From Macrostomum lignano (Eukaryota), in assembly GCA_002269645.1 (NCBI GenBank), contig NIVC01000673.1, forward strand, positions 248,001 through 312,000: a stretch of 64,000 bases of DNA. Reading direction: 5' to 3'. The notes below the pieces were generated by a model, which did not search any database, was not told the DNA's origin, and was given only the letters and a program-made list of their open reading frames with translations. The position numbers and the translations under genes were made by a program. Below, piece after piece: positions 1-11,465 of the stretch; position 1 is the stretch's first letter, and every line of letters starts with the position of its first letter.

Positions 1-56
1 TGTCTGTCCGTCTGTCTGTCTGTCTTAGTGTCTGTCGGTCTGTCTGTCTGTCTTAG

Positions 57-93
<37 letters not shown>

Positions 94-120
94 TAGTGTC
101 TGTCTTAGTGTCTGTCTTAG

Positions 121-175
<55 letters not shown>
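1..175. repeat. (CTGT)n microsatellite
   Basis: Direct reading. Confidence 0.95.
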
Positions 176-879
176 GCCTACTGCTTGTGTCTAGTTCTAC
201 CTAGTAGTAAGACACATGTCTATTCTTTGTATCTACTCTTCATTAGCTACTCCGTTGTCTATCCATGTCAAGAATCTCATGTACCTACTCTACTCAATTT
301 TCATGTTTAGAATTGGGGTCTGTTCCTACCGACACTCGGCACTCTTGTCCTTAACATTGAAGCTTTAAGTGTGTTCAACACTTCTTCTCCGAGGTCAACA
401 CGCACACACAGATTGCCAGTGTGAGGCGAGGACACACGGGGATAGAAAGGAAGGATGAGTTTGTACTTTAGCAAGGCGCCCACTCCACTCTGCTCTCTTC
501 ATCAGACTCAATGGGGAAGACTTGACTACTTAATATTTTGCCAATGCATTGCTGTATTCTTTCGCCAATGCCCAAAATAATCTTCATCCCATCAAAGGAA
601 GCGGTTCTCTGCCCTTCTCTTTTCTCTGTTCAATGAGCTGAGTTTATCCTCTTCTAGATCGGGCCCCATCAGTTCTCACGAGGAAATGCAATGAAAAGGC
701 GTGTCAGATACAGGCCTTTATCGTGTTGGCTATTATTTGTTTCTTTATATCTTGAGCATAGGCTACAATACATGATGATGGGATTGTCAGGAGACTGAGT
801 CAGAGTCTCGGGGATTGGGCTAAAGGCATGGCGGCTATATTGAGTTCATAAATGATTTTTAGTTTGTCTACTCCTTGTG

Positions 880-1385
880 TCTACTCCAATCTACTGCAGT
901 CTACTTCTAGTGTTCACTTTAGTCTACAACTACTTTAGTCAGTACCAAAGTAGCGTCTAGTGTCTACTTTTATCTACTCGTACTACTAGTGTCTACTTTT
1001 ATCTACTCGTACTACTAGTGTCTACTTTAGTCTACTTATAGTGTCTAGTTTAGTCTACTCCTAGTGTAGACAGTGTAGATAGTGTACTCTATAGTCTACT
1101 TCTAGTGTCTACTCTATAGTCTACTTCTAGTGTTGACATTAGTCTACTACTATTGTCTACTTTTATCTACTACCTATTGGCTATTTTTGTCTACTTTAGT
1201 CTACTAATAGTGTCTACTTTAGTTTACTCCCAGTGTCTACTTCAGTCTACTCCTAGTGTCTAGTTTAGTCTACTACTAGTGTATACTCCAGACTAATATT
1301 ACTACCACTAGTGTCTACTCCAGACGAATATTACTACTCCTTGTGTCTACTCAAATCAATTCCAATCTAATAATTAGTCTACTTG
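880..1385. repeat. Degenerate AT-rich GTGTCTACT(T)/CTACTA repeats
   Basis: Recurrent tagtgtctact and agtctact words; similar words occur at 175-310. Confidence 0.65.
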
Positions 1386-1809
1386 GGAATTTTTGAGCTT
1401 GGGAAACGCCCACCTCCAGCTCTGACAATCATTTTTGCCAAAAAGCTCTAATGCTGCCCTGCAGACACGGAAGACTTTGATCCCTCTGCTATGCAGCTTC
1501 ACTCCCCAAACAGTGGAGGGTTGAACTCCCTATGCTGCCGCCTGTCCCTTCCTTGCCAATAAATCGATCCCTCCTCGCTCAGTTGTTGTCCGTCATCGTC
1601 GCCTCCCTCACCTGGAGCTGAACCATCCCTGTGACCTGCTGAACAGCCGTCGGATATCAGATTTCACAAGCTGGAGAGAAATATTATAATATGCCTACTG
1701 TTCACTTAAACTCTTTCTAGCTCTCGTGTGTGCTTGCGCGGCAATGCGTATATACTTGTGTATTTTATTAATATTAGTAATTTCTCCTGCTTGGCTTAAA
1801 TTATTCGGT

Positions 1810-2530
1810 GTACACACACACCCGCCAATCAGCGGCCTCTCCAACCACCCCAATCAATGTACACACACACCAGCCAATCAGCGGCCTCTCAACCTACCCC
1901 AATCAATGTACACGCACACACCAGCCAATCAGCAGCCTCTCCACAATCAATGTACACACACACACCCGCCAATCAGCGGCCTCTCAACCTACCCCAATCA
2001 ATGTACACGCACACACCAGCCAATCAGCAGCCTCTCCACAATCAATGTACACACACACCCACCAATCAGCGGCCTCTCCACCCACCCCAATCAATGTACA
2101 CACACACATGCCAATCAGCAGCCTCTCTACCCACCCCAATCAATGTACGCACATACACCCGCCAATCAGCAGCTTCCCCACCCACCCCAATCAATGTACA
2201 CACACACCCGCCAATCAGCAGCTTCTCCACCCACCCCAATCAATGTACACGCACACACCAGCCAATCAGCAGCCTCTCCACAATCAATGTACACACACAC
2301 CCACCAATCAGCGGCCTCTCCACCCACCCCAATCAATGTACACACACACACGCCAATCAGCAGCCTCTCTACCCACCCCAATCAATGTACGCACATACAA
2401 CCGCCAATTAGCAGCTTCTCCACCCACCCCAATCAATGTACACACACACACCCGCCAATCAGCAGCCTCTCTACCCACCCCAATCAATGTACACACACAC
2501 CCGCCAATCAGCAGCCTCTCTACCCACCCC
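1810..2530. repeat. ~50-bp intronic minisatellite (CAATCAATGTACACACACACCCGCCAATCAGCAGCCTCTC...)
   Basis: About 14 variable units, ending 16 nt before the 2547 exon. Confidence 0.92.
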
Positions 2531-2546
2531 GAATCTCTCCTGCCAG

Positions 2547-2791
2547 CTTCGAGCCCACCGTGGTGTACAAGCCGCAGATGTCACCCAGCTGGCAGCAGGA
2601 CCTGTTCGCCACCGGGGTTCTGGGCGGCAGCGCCAGCATGGTGTGCCGAGCTGACGGCCCGGACCCGTCAGAAATCCAGCTCCGCTTCATGCGAGACAGT
2701 CTAGCAGTGGGCAACAATGGACTTTCTGGCAGAGTCACTCTGACTGAGGAGCGGGGGCCGACTTTTGCTCGACTAACAATGAACTTGGTTG
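2547..2791 (+). CDS. NCAM/Fasciclin-II-like cell adhesion molecule, internal exon (N-terminal part of an Ig domain); upstream exons probably lie outside the window
   Basis: Acceptor ctgccAG (2545-2546) and donor g|GTGAGT (2792). Encodes FEPTVVYKPQ...SASMVCRADGPDPSEIQLRF...FARLTMNLV, with the Ig B-strand Cys. The phase-1 end joins the 8269 exon in frame to give ...MNLV-D-LRRSDAGQFAC. Confidence 0.85.
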
Positions 2792-2964
2792 GTGAGTTGA
2801 AATTCAAATGCGAGTTGCAGTCTGACATTTCGTGATTGCACTACACACCGGAACTTTCCTTGTCAGTTTTGTTCCTCTGTTTCCTCAGAGCCCATTTTTA
2901 TTCAATTTATTAATTCTTAATATTCAACCAACCAGCTGGTTGCAGCCTGCTTCTAGTAGGGTCC

Positions 2965-3948
2965 TCTGTAGCCCCCTCTGTAGCTGGCGCCGCCTTTGTA
3001 GCTGGCGCCCCCCTTGTAGCTGGCGCCCCCTCTGTAGCTGGCGCCCCCTCTGTAGCTGGCGCCCCTCTGTAGCTGGCGCCCCCTCTGTAGCTGGCGCCCC
3101 CTCTGTAGCTGGCGCCCCCTCTGTAGCTGGCGCCCCCTCTGTAGCTGGCGCCCTCTGTAGCTGGCGCCCCCTCTGTAGCTGGGCGCCCCTTCTGTAGCTG
3201 GGCGCCCCTCTGTAGCTGGGCGCCCTCGCTGTAGCTGCCCCCCCCTCTGTAGCTGGCGCCCCCTCTGTAGCTGGCGCCCTCTGTAGCTGGGCGCCCCCTC
3301 TGTAGCTGGCGCCCTCTGTAGCTGGCGCCCCCTCTGTAGCTGGGCGCCCCTTCTGTAGCTGGGCGCCCCTCTGTAGCTGGGCGCCCTCGCTGTAGCTGCC
3401 CCCCCCCTCTGTAGCTGGCACCCCCTCTGTAGCTGGCACCCCCTCTGTAGCTGGCGCCCTCTGTAGCTGGGCGCCCCCTCTGTAGCTGGCGCCCCCTCTG
3501 TAGCTGGCGCCCCCTCTGTAGCTGGCGCCCTCTGTAGCTGGCGCCCCCTCTGTGGCTGGCGCCCCCTCTGTAGCTGGCGCCCTCTGTAGCTGGCGCCCCA
3601 TCTGTAGCTGGGCGCCCTCGCTGTAGCTGGCGCCCCCTCTGTAGCTGGGCGCCCCTTCTGTAGCTGGGCGCCCCTCTGTAGATGGGCGCCCTCGCTGTAG
3701 CTGCCCCCCCCTCTGTAGCTGGCGCCCCCTCTGTAGCTGGCGCCCTCTGTAGCTGGGCGCCCCCTCTGTAGCTGGCGCCCCCTCTGTAGCTGGCGCCCCC
3801 TCTGTAGCTGGCGCCCTCTGTAGCTGGCGCCCCCTCTGTAGCTGGCGCCCTCTGTAGCTGGCGCCCCCTCTGTAGCTGGCGCCCCCTCTGTAGCTGGCGC
3901 CCTCTGTAGCTGGCGCCCCCCTCTGTAGCTGGCGCCCTCTGTAGCTGG
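2965..3948. repeat. 18-21-bp minisatellite (CTGTAGCTGGCGCCCCCT)n
   Basis: C-run length varies between units. Confidence 0.95.
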
Positions 3949-4444
3949 AGAAACTTTCATATTTTCAATCATTCCAAGGTGTCAGAATGGTCTGTGTCAC
4001 AATTAATACCAGTAGGCCAATGCTAACAAATAAAAGTGCACTAATGAGCAATAAATACACCTGTAAAGCGTTATACCTTCTCTACTAGAAGAGATTGTAT
4101 AATATTGCAATATATGTATATGAGTCTGCTTAATTTGCATCTTTGGATCGGCTACAGATTCGATTGATGGGGGGAACAGCGAAGTGGGATTAACAGGGGA
4201 TGGGAAGTATACGAACAGGTATATAAGGTACATTGCTAAAGAATGTGTAGCAATAGGATGGGCCTTCCGAAGTGCTTCGAATTTTCCGTTACATTTGCTT
4301 CCTAACTAGTTCCCTGCACTGTATAGAGGTAGGGAGTTTTTAGCTAGTAAGCTCAATCTCGATCTGAGGCACGGAGTGCTAATCGAAAAGATCTGGAGAG
4401 GGAAACCTGCTATTTCTGTCTCTTCAATTAAGCTTACTCTATCT

Positions 4445-5050
4445 AGATGTCCATGACCCATGCAGGTATGAAAGTTTCCAGTCCAGATTTCCTTTTATCT
4501 AAACATCCATGACCCATGCAGGTATGAAAGTTTCCAGTCCAGATTTCCTTTTATTTAAACATCCATGACCCATGCAGGTATGAAAGTTTCCAGTCCAGAT
4601 TTCCTTTTATCTAAACATCCATGACCCATGCAGGTATGAAAGTTTCCAGTCCAGATTTCCTTTTATTTAAACATCCATGACCCATGCAGGTATGAAAGTT
4701 TCCAGTCCAGATTTCCTTTTATTTAAACATCCATGACCCATGCAGGTATGAAAGTTTCCAGTCCAGATTTCCTTTTATCTAAACATCCATGACCCATGCA
4801 GGTATGAAAGTTTCCAGTCCAGATTTCCTTTTATCTAAACATCCATGACCCATGCAGGTATGAAAGTTTCCAGTCCAGATTTCCTTTTATTTAAACATCC
4901 ATGACCCATGCAGGTATGAAAGTTTCCAGTCCAGATTTCCTTTTGTCTAGAAATCCATGACCCAAACAGGTAGGAAAGTTTCCAGTCCAGATTTCCTTTT
5001 GTCTAGAAATCCATGACCCATGCAGGTAGGAAAGTTTCCAGTCCAGATTT
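4445..5050. repeat. 56-bp minisatellite, about 10 copies, with a degenerate tail to about 5260
   Basis: Period 56 (ATCCATGACC at 4505 and 4561). Confidence 0.95.
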
Positions 5051-5609
5051 TCTAGCGGAATGGGTGACCTTCGCCTCCCCGCTGTGTCTACGGAACAACC
5101 TGCAGTTAAGTCAAGTAAGTCAAGTCCAGATTTCTTTATCTAGAACTCCATGGCCCAAGCAGTTGTGAAGGTTTCCATTCCAGATTTTATCAATCTATAA
5201 ACCAATGACCCATGCAGGTAAGAAAGTTTCCATTCCAGATTTTCATTAATCTAGAACTCCATGTCTCATGCCTCAACGTAAAGGATCTGGTGTGAAATAT
5301 TTCAATCCAAACACTATGTTTAGAACTTCATGTCCCACCACTAGCTGCAGATCACGAGCCAGCGTGAGACGATGGGAAAAAAGCCCACGAGGCTAATTTC
5401 CCTAATTGGGGTGTTACTCGCGTCGAACGTTGTGTGCGCGCAAGGCTGAGTTTTTTGGGAATTGATGAAGCTGGGATGCTGGGTTGGGGACTGCAGTTGC
5501 AGTTTATTGCCGCCTGCTTAATGAAGGAGCGGCGGTTTAAGGTTTGGGGATAAATTAAGTGTTAAAAACTTTTTTCGTGTTAACTCCATGTCGAAGCTTT
5601 TATAAGGCG

Positions 5610-6905
5610 GGATAGAAAAATGATAGACAGGATAGAACACAGTGATAGACAGGATAGAACACAGTGATAGACAGGATAGAACACAGTGATAGACAGGATA
5701 GAACACAGTGATAGACAGGATAGAACACAGTGATAGACAGGATAGAACACAGTGATAGACAGGATAGAACACAGTGATAGACAGGATAGAACACAGTGAT
5801 AGACAGGATAGAACACAGTGATAGACAGGATAGAACACAGTGATAGACACAGTGAAAACAATGATAGACAGGATAGAACACAATGATAGACAGGATAGAA
5901 CACAATGATAGACAGGATAGAACACAATGATAGACAGGATAGAGCAAAATGATAGACAGGATAGAACACAATGATAGACAGGATAGAACACAATGATAGA
6001 CAGGATAGAGCAAAATGATAGACAGGATAGAACACAATGATAGACAGGATAGAACACAATGATAGACAGGATAGAACACAATGATAGACAGGGTAGAACA
6101 CAATGATAGACAGGATAGAACACAATGATAGACAGGATAGAGCAAAATGATAGACAAGATAGAACACAATGATAGACAGGATAGAACACAATGATAGACA
6201 GGATAGAACACAGTTATGATAGACAGGATAGAACACAGTGATAGACAGGATAGAACACAGTGATAGACAGGATAGAACACAGTGATAGACAGGATAGAAC
6301 ACAGTGATAGACAGGATAGAACACAGTGATAGACAGGATAGAACACAGTGATAGACAGGATAGAACACAGTGATAGACAGGATAGAACACAGTGATAGAC
6401 AGGATAGAACACAGTGATAGACAGGATAGAACACAGTGATAGACAGGATAGAACACAGTGATAGACACAGTGAAAACAATGATAGACAGGATAGAACACA
6501 ATGATAGACAGGATAGAACACAATGATAGACAGGATAGAACACAATGATAGACAGGATAGAACACAATGATAGACAGGATAGAACACAATGATAGACAGG
6601 ATAAAGCAAAATGATAGACAGGATAGAACACAATGATAGACAGGATAGAACACAATGATAGACAGGATAGAACACAATGATAGACAGGATAGAACACAAT
6701 GATAGACAGGGTAGAACACAATGATAGACAGGATAGAACACAATGATAGACAGGATAGAGCAAAATGATAGACAGGATAGAACACAATGATAGACAGGAT
6801 AGAACACAATGATAGACAGGATAGAACACAGTTATGATAGACAGGATAGAACACAATGATAGACAGGATAGAACACAGTTATGATAGACAGGATAGAACA
6901 CAATA
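5610..6905. repeat. 21-bp minisatellite (TGATAGACAGGATAGAACACA)n
   Basis: Direct reading. Confidence 0.95.
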
Positions 6906-7048
6906 ATGGGAATAAACTGAACAGGATTTTATGGGAATAGCAACAAAAAGTCAGTATTCTGACCCTACTTGAATCCCCTTCCCGCCAATCTCCAATCAAG
7001 CAATCAATCAATCCAATAGAAAGCAGAGTGAAAGCAATTGCTTTGCAG

Positions 7049-7069
7049 ACCGATTCATCATTGGGTCAG
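7049..7069 (+). CDS. Candidate 21-nt alternative microexon of the NCAM-like gene
   Basis: gcaattgctttgcAG|accgattcatcattgggtcag|GTCAGT. Phase 1/1, matching the host intron, and adds DRFIIGS in frame. No transcript evidence. Confidence 0.3.
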
Positions 7070-7364
7070 GTCAGTTTGGTCCAGAGCCATCATCAAGTCG
7101 ATGAACAGTTGCAGTCATCGGGAGCAGTTTCACTTGACAGCGATCCCGATTCCCTAGCTTTGTGCATGATTGATTGATTGAGTAAATTTCTATTGTGTTT
7201 ATTCAATATCTTAGCGTGGCTTAACGATGTGATTGGGAGCTAAGATTGAGTCCACTTTTGAAACTACATGCATGAAAGATGTCTAAATATATAGCATAAT
7301 AGTTTGTGTGCATACAGTAGACCTGTACTGATCTGCTTTGATCTTTAAAATCTTTACAAACTAT

Positions 7365-8254
7365 ATTATACACAACTCGGAGCCCTTATTACACAACTCG
7401 GAGCCCATATTACACAACTCGGAGCCCATATTACACAACTCGGAGCCCATATTACACAACTCGGAGCCCATATTACACAACTCGGAGCCCATATTACACA
7501 ACTCGGAGCCCATATTACACAACTCGGAGCCCATATTACACAACTCGGAGCCCATATTACACAACTCGGAGCCCATATTACACAACTCGGAGCCCATATT
7601 ACACAATTCGGAGCCCATATTACACAACTCGGAGCCCATATTACACAACTCGGAGCCCATATTACACAACTCGGAGCCCATATTACACAACTCGGAGTCC
7701 ATATTACACAACTCGGAGCCCATATTACACAACTCGGAGCCCATATTACACAACTCGGAGCCCATATTACACAACTCGGAGCCCATATTACACAATTCGG
7801 AGCCCATATTACACAACTCGGAGCCCATATTACACAACTCGGAGCCCATATTACACAACTCGGAGCCCATATTACACAACTCGGAGCCCATATTACACAA
7901 CTCGGAGCCCATATTACACAATTCGGAGCCCATATTACACAACTCGGAGCCCATATTACACAACTCGGAGCCCATATTACACAATTCTGAGCCCATATTA
8001 CACAACTCGGAGCCCATATTACACAATTCTGAGCCCATATTACACAACTCGGAGCCCATATTACACAACTCGGAGCCCATATTACACAACTCGGAGCCCA
8101 TATTACACAACTCGGAGCCCATATTACACAACTCGGAGCCCATATTACACAACTCGGAGCCCATATTACACAACTCGGAGCCCATATTACACAACTCGGA
8201 GCCCATATTACACAACTCGGAGTCCATATTACACAACTCGGAGCCCATATTACA
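7365..8254. repeat. 21-bp minisatellite (TATTACACAACTCGGAGCCCA)n
   Basis: About 42 near-identical units, ending about 14 nt before the 8269 exon. Confidence 0.96.
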
Positions 8255-8268
8255 TTCTCCATGCCCAG

Positions 8269-8891
8269 ACCTTCGCCGCTCGGACGCCGGCCAATTTGCC
8301 TGCGTGGCGGCCACCGCCGCCGGTTCCGTCACCCGCCTTGGCCAACTCGACGTCCAGTTCGCGCCGACAATCCTGGAACCAGCTCAACCTGTTCGAATCT
8401 ACAGCTGGCACCAGCATCCCACAACTCTCACCTGCAAGGCTGACGGCCGACCGCAGCCAGAATTCACCTGGGAGTTGAACGGGTCGCCTCTGTCGACACA
8501 GTCTGGCGAACCCGCTTATCGGATGACTACTCGACATCATGCAGGGGATGACATATTCATAGCCGAGCTCAGCTTCACGCCAACAGTATCGACTGGATAT
8601 GGCAGTTACACCTGTCTAGTTGCTAACAGCATCGGGTCTGTCAGGTCGCCTACCATTGGCGTATTCGAAGCGCGACGTCCTGGGACGCCGGATGTGGACA
8701 TCGATTCGGACAGATGCTCCCCGACTAGCCTGGTATTCAGCGTGGTGCCACCGGTGGACACCGGCGGAGCGCCACTGTCGGGCTACGAGATCGCCTACCG
8801 CGTGAACAATGGACCCGAGATTGGGCCTGCCGCGTTCTCTTTGAACAGAGAGATCCGGTTGAATTATCTGCAGCCGAGGACCAACTATAAG
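8269..8891 (+). CDS. NCAM/Fas2-like exon: end of Ig domain, a full Ig domain and most of FN3 #1
   Basis: Acceptor tgcccAG (8267-8268) and donor aag|GTGAGC (8892). Motifs DAGQFAC, LTCKADGRPQPEFTW, YGSYTCLVANSIG (Ig I-set) and PGTP...YEIAY...LQPRTNYK (FN3). Confidence 0.92.
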
Positions 8892-8967
8892 GTGAGCTTT
8901 AGGTGTTTTCTGCGCGTTTTCAAGTTTGGTAGTTAATTGGGGAGTGGCAAAGTTGATAGAAGAGTTC

Positions 8968-9575
8968 CAAGGTTAGTTAACTAAGGAATGCCAAGGTTAG
9001 TTAACTAAGGAGTGCCAAGGTTAGTTAACTAAGGAGTGCCAAGGTTAGTTAACTAATGAGTGCCAAGGTTAGTTAACTAAGGAGTGCCAAGGTTAGTTAA
9101 CTAATGAGTGCCAAGGTTAGTTAACTAAGGAGTGCCAAGGTTAGTTAACTAAGGAGTGCCAAGGTTAGTTAACTAAGGAGTGCCAAGGTTAGTTAACTAA
9201 GGAGTGCCAAGGTTAGTTAACTAAGGAGTGCCAAGGTTAGTTAACTAAGGAGTGCCAAGGTTAGTTAACTAAGGAGTGCCAAGGTTAGTTAACTAAGGAG
9301 TGCCAAGGTTAGTTAACTAAGGAGTGCCAAGGTTAGTTAACTAAGGAGTGCCAAGGTTAGTTAACTAAGTAGTGCCAAGGTTAGTTAACTAAGGAGTGCC
9401 AAGGTTAGTTAACTAAGGAGTGCCAAGGTTAGTTAACTAAGGAGTGCCAAGGTTAGTTAACTAAGGAGTGCCAAGGTTAGTTAACTAAGGAGTGCCAAGG
9501 TTAGTTAACTAAGTAGTGCCAAGGTTAGTTAACTAAGGAGTGCCAAGGTTAGTTAACTAAGGAGTGCCAAGGTTA
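8968..9575. repeat. 24-bp minisatellite (AAGGAGTGCCAAGGTTAGTTAACT)n
   Basis: About 25 units, each with the palindrome TTAGTTAACTAA across the junction. Confidence 0.96.
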
Positions 9576-9873
9576 ATCAGAGTACCGATGTTTATAAAGA
9601 GCCAAAACTAGTTAACAAGGTTCTGCAAAGGTTCAAGATCTATGAATGTTGAGGTTTATGAAGGAGTGCCAAGGTTAGTGAAGGAGTGTCAAAGCTTACA
9701 AAGCAGTACCAGGGTTCAATATAATCGATGATTGACAAGATTAACGAAGGAGTGCCAGGGTAAAAAAATTGAATAATGCCATTAAAATACACAAATTTCC
9801 AACAGCCTACTAACCAAAGTAGCAAAGTAAAGACTTTCAATTTCAACGAGAATATTTTCAACTGCACGGCCAG

Positions 9874-10404
9874 GTGTACATCGCGGCCCGCAATCTCGTG
9901 GGCAGCGGCGGACGCGCCGAGATCAACTACACCACCGGCGATTTGACACCGCCCGCCGAATTTCGTCTGGATGCCGATTTTCTCAGCGACGATCCCGACG
10001 GCCTGCTGCTGCGGCTCAACGTGCTGAACGATGGCGGCCTGCCCATCGATCGGTATCGGGTGCGCCTGCGGCGCGTCCGCGGCAGCGTCGGCCCAGACGG
10101 CCGGCCTCGAGCGTCGGCACCGCTGACCGGCTGGGTCACGCTGAACCCGTCCGTGGTTCGAGCCGCCTCGTCTAATGGGCATCTCCGGCTGGACCGGCTG
10201 AAGCCGGGCACCTTCTACGAGGTGCAGGTGCAGATCGGCAACCCGCTGGGCATGTCGGACAGGCGGCGGGTGCACGTGTTCCGGACAGCGGGCCGGCCGC
10301 ATCATGTGGACGTGTACGGCAGCACTGGCGGTTCCGCGCGACGCTTTCATGGAAACAGACTTGGCTCTTTGGCATCTCTTCTTCTTATTCTTCTTCTGCT
10401 TTAA
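9874..10404 (+). CDS. NCAM/Fas2-like terminal exon: end of FN3 #1, FN3 #2 and GPI-anchor-type C-terminus
   Basis: Acceptor ggccAG (9872-9873), phase 0. VYIAARNLVGSG completes FN3 #1 and LKPGTFYEVQVQIGNPLGMS belongs to FN3 #2. Ends with small residues (GSTGGS), a polar spacer and hydrophobic LGSLASLLLILLLL*. An Ig-Ig-FN3-FN3-GPI order matches the NCAM/Fas2/apCAM C-terminal architecture; orthology not tested. Confidence 0.9.
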   Translation: MYIAARNLVGSGGRAEINYTTGDLTPPAEFRLDADFLSDDPDGLLLRLNVLNDGGLPIDRYRVRLRRVRGSVGPDGRPRASAPLTGWVTLNPSVVRAASSNGHLRLDRLKPGTFYEVQVQIGNPLGMSDRRRVHVFRTAGRPHHVDVYGSTGGSARRFHGNRLGSLASLLLILLLL

Positions 10405-10440
10405 AATTTGCTAGCGAGATAATGATAATAATGATAATTG

Positions 10441-10528
10441 ATTACACCTGCTATTAATTAATTGCACACTGAGATGTGCAACCGACAGCCGCAGCTATTC
10501 CAAGGACTGGGGGGCCGTCACATACAGC
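10441..10528 (-). mobile_element. Same SINE family, 3' part (probably the other half of the 11301-11465 copy)
   Basis: attacacctgc...agatgtgcaaccgacagccgcagctatt|ccaaggactggggggccgtcacataca matches the reverse complement of the 23830-23940 tail, with an internal deletion. Confidence 0.7.
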
Positions 10529-10587
10529 CTTTGTTGACCTGTTACGGAAATCAAGAAATTTGTTTCAGGGTAACAAAGCATAGTGCA

Positions 10588-11195
10588 TGTGGCGCTAAAA
10601 TGGTGCCTGTGGCGCTAAAATGGTGCCTGTGGCGCTAAAATGGTGCCTGCGGCGCTAAAATGGTGCCTGTGGCGCTAAAATGGTGCCTGCGGCGCTAAAA
10701 CTGTGGCGCTAAAATGGTGCCTGTGGCGCTAAAATGGTGCCTGTGGCGCTAAAATGGTGCCTGTGGCGCTAAAATGGTGCCTGTGGCGCTAAAATGGTGC
10801 CTGTGACGCTAAAATGGTGCCTGTGGCGCTAAAATGGTGCCTGTGGCGCTAAAATGGTGCCTGCGGCGCTAAAATGGTGCCTGTGGCGCTAAAATGGTGC
10901 TGGCGGCGCTAAAATGGTGCCTGTGGCGCTAAAATGGTGCCTGTGGCGCTAAAATGGTGCCTGTGGCACTAAAATGGTGCCTGTGGCGCTAAAATGGTGC
11001 CTGTGGCGCTAAAATGGTGCTGGCGGCGCTAAAATGGTGCCTGTGGCACTAAAATGGTGCCTGTGGCGCTAAAATGGTGCCTGTGGCACTAAAATGGTGC
11101 CTGTGGCGCTAAAATGGTGCCTGTGGCGCTAAAATGGTGCTGGCGGCGCTAAAATGGTGCCTGTGGCGCTAAAATGGTGCCTGTGGCGCTAAAAT
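10588..11195. repeat. 20-bp minisatellite (GTGGCGCTAAAATGGTGCCT)n
   Basis: About 30 units. Confidence 0.96.
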
Positions 11196-11300
11196 GATCG
11201 CTTACAACACCGATTCTGAAAATAATGTACATGTAGGAATTCAGTCATGTACATTTTTGGCTTTGTCCCCCCCACCATAAAATCCATAGCGACGCCCCTG

Positions 11301-11465
11301 ACCCCAGCTAATGCTGGCACCCATTTTACAGTTGGGTGAATTGAAGCAATAACGCAGAGTTAAATGTCTTGCTCAAAGACACAAATTTTTCCAGTGGTAT
11401 CGGGATTCGAACCTCAAACTTTCAGTCGTGAATCCGATGCTCTTAACCACTAGGCTACAACCCCC
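11301..11465 (-). mobile_element. Same SINE family, 5' half (head + CORE)
   Basis: accccagctaatgctggcacccattttacag...tcttgctcaaagacac...gggattcgaacc...aaccactaggctacaacccc. Confidence 0.85.

Noticed and set aside
330-780. Possible hAT/BED-finger relic on the minus strand (YCSLCSRY...)
   Set aside because: Multiple stops and only a vague motif resemblance; cannot be supported without a profile search.
1726-2835. 369-aa ORF and 532-aa ORF (7338-8936) that run from repeats into Ig exons
   Set aside because: Their N-terminal parts are stop-free translations of intronic minisatellites. True acceptors lie at 2546 and 8268, and no phase-compatible acceptor precedes the arrays.
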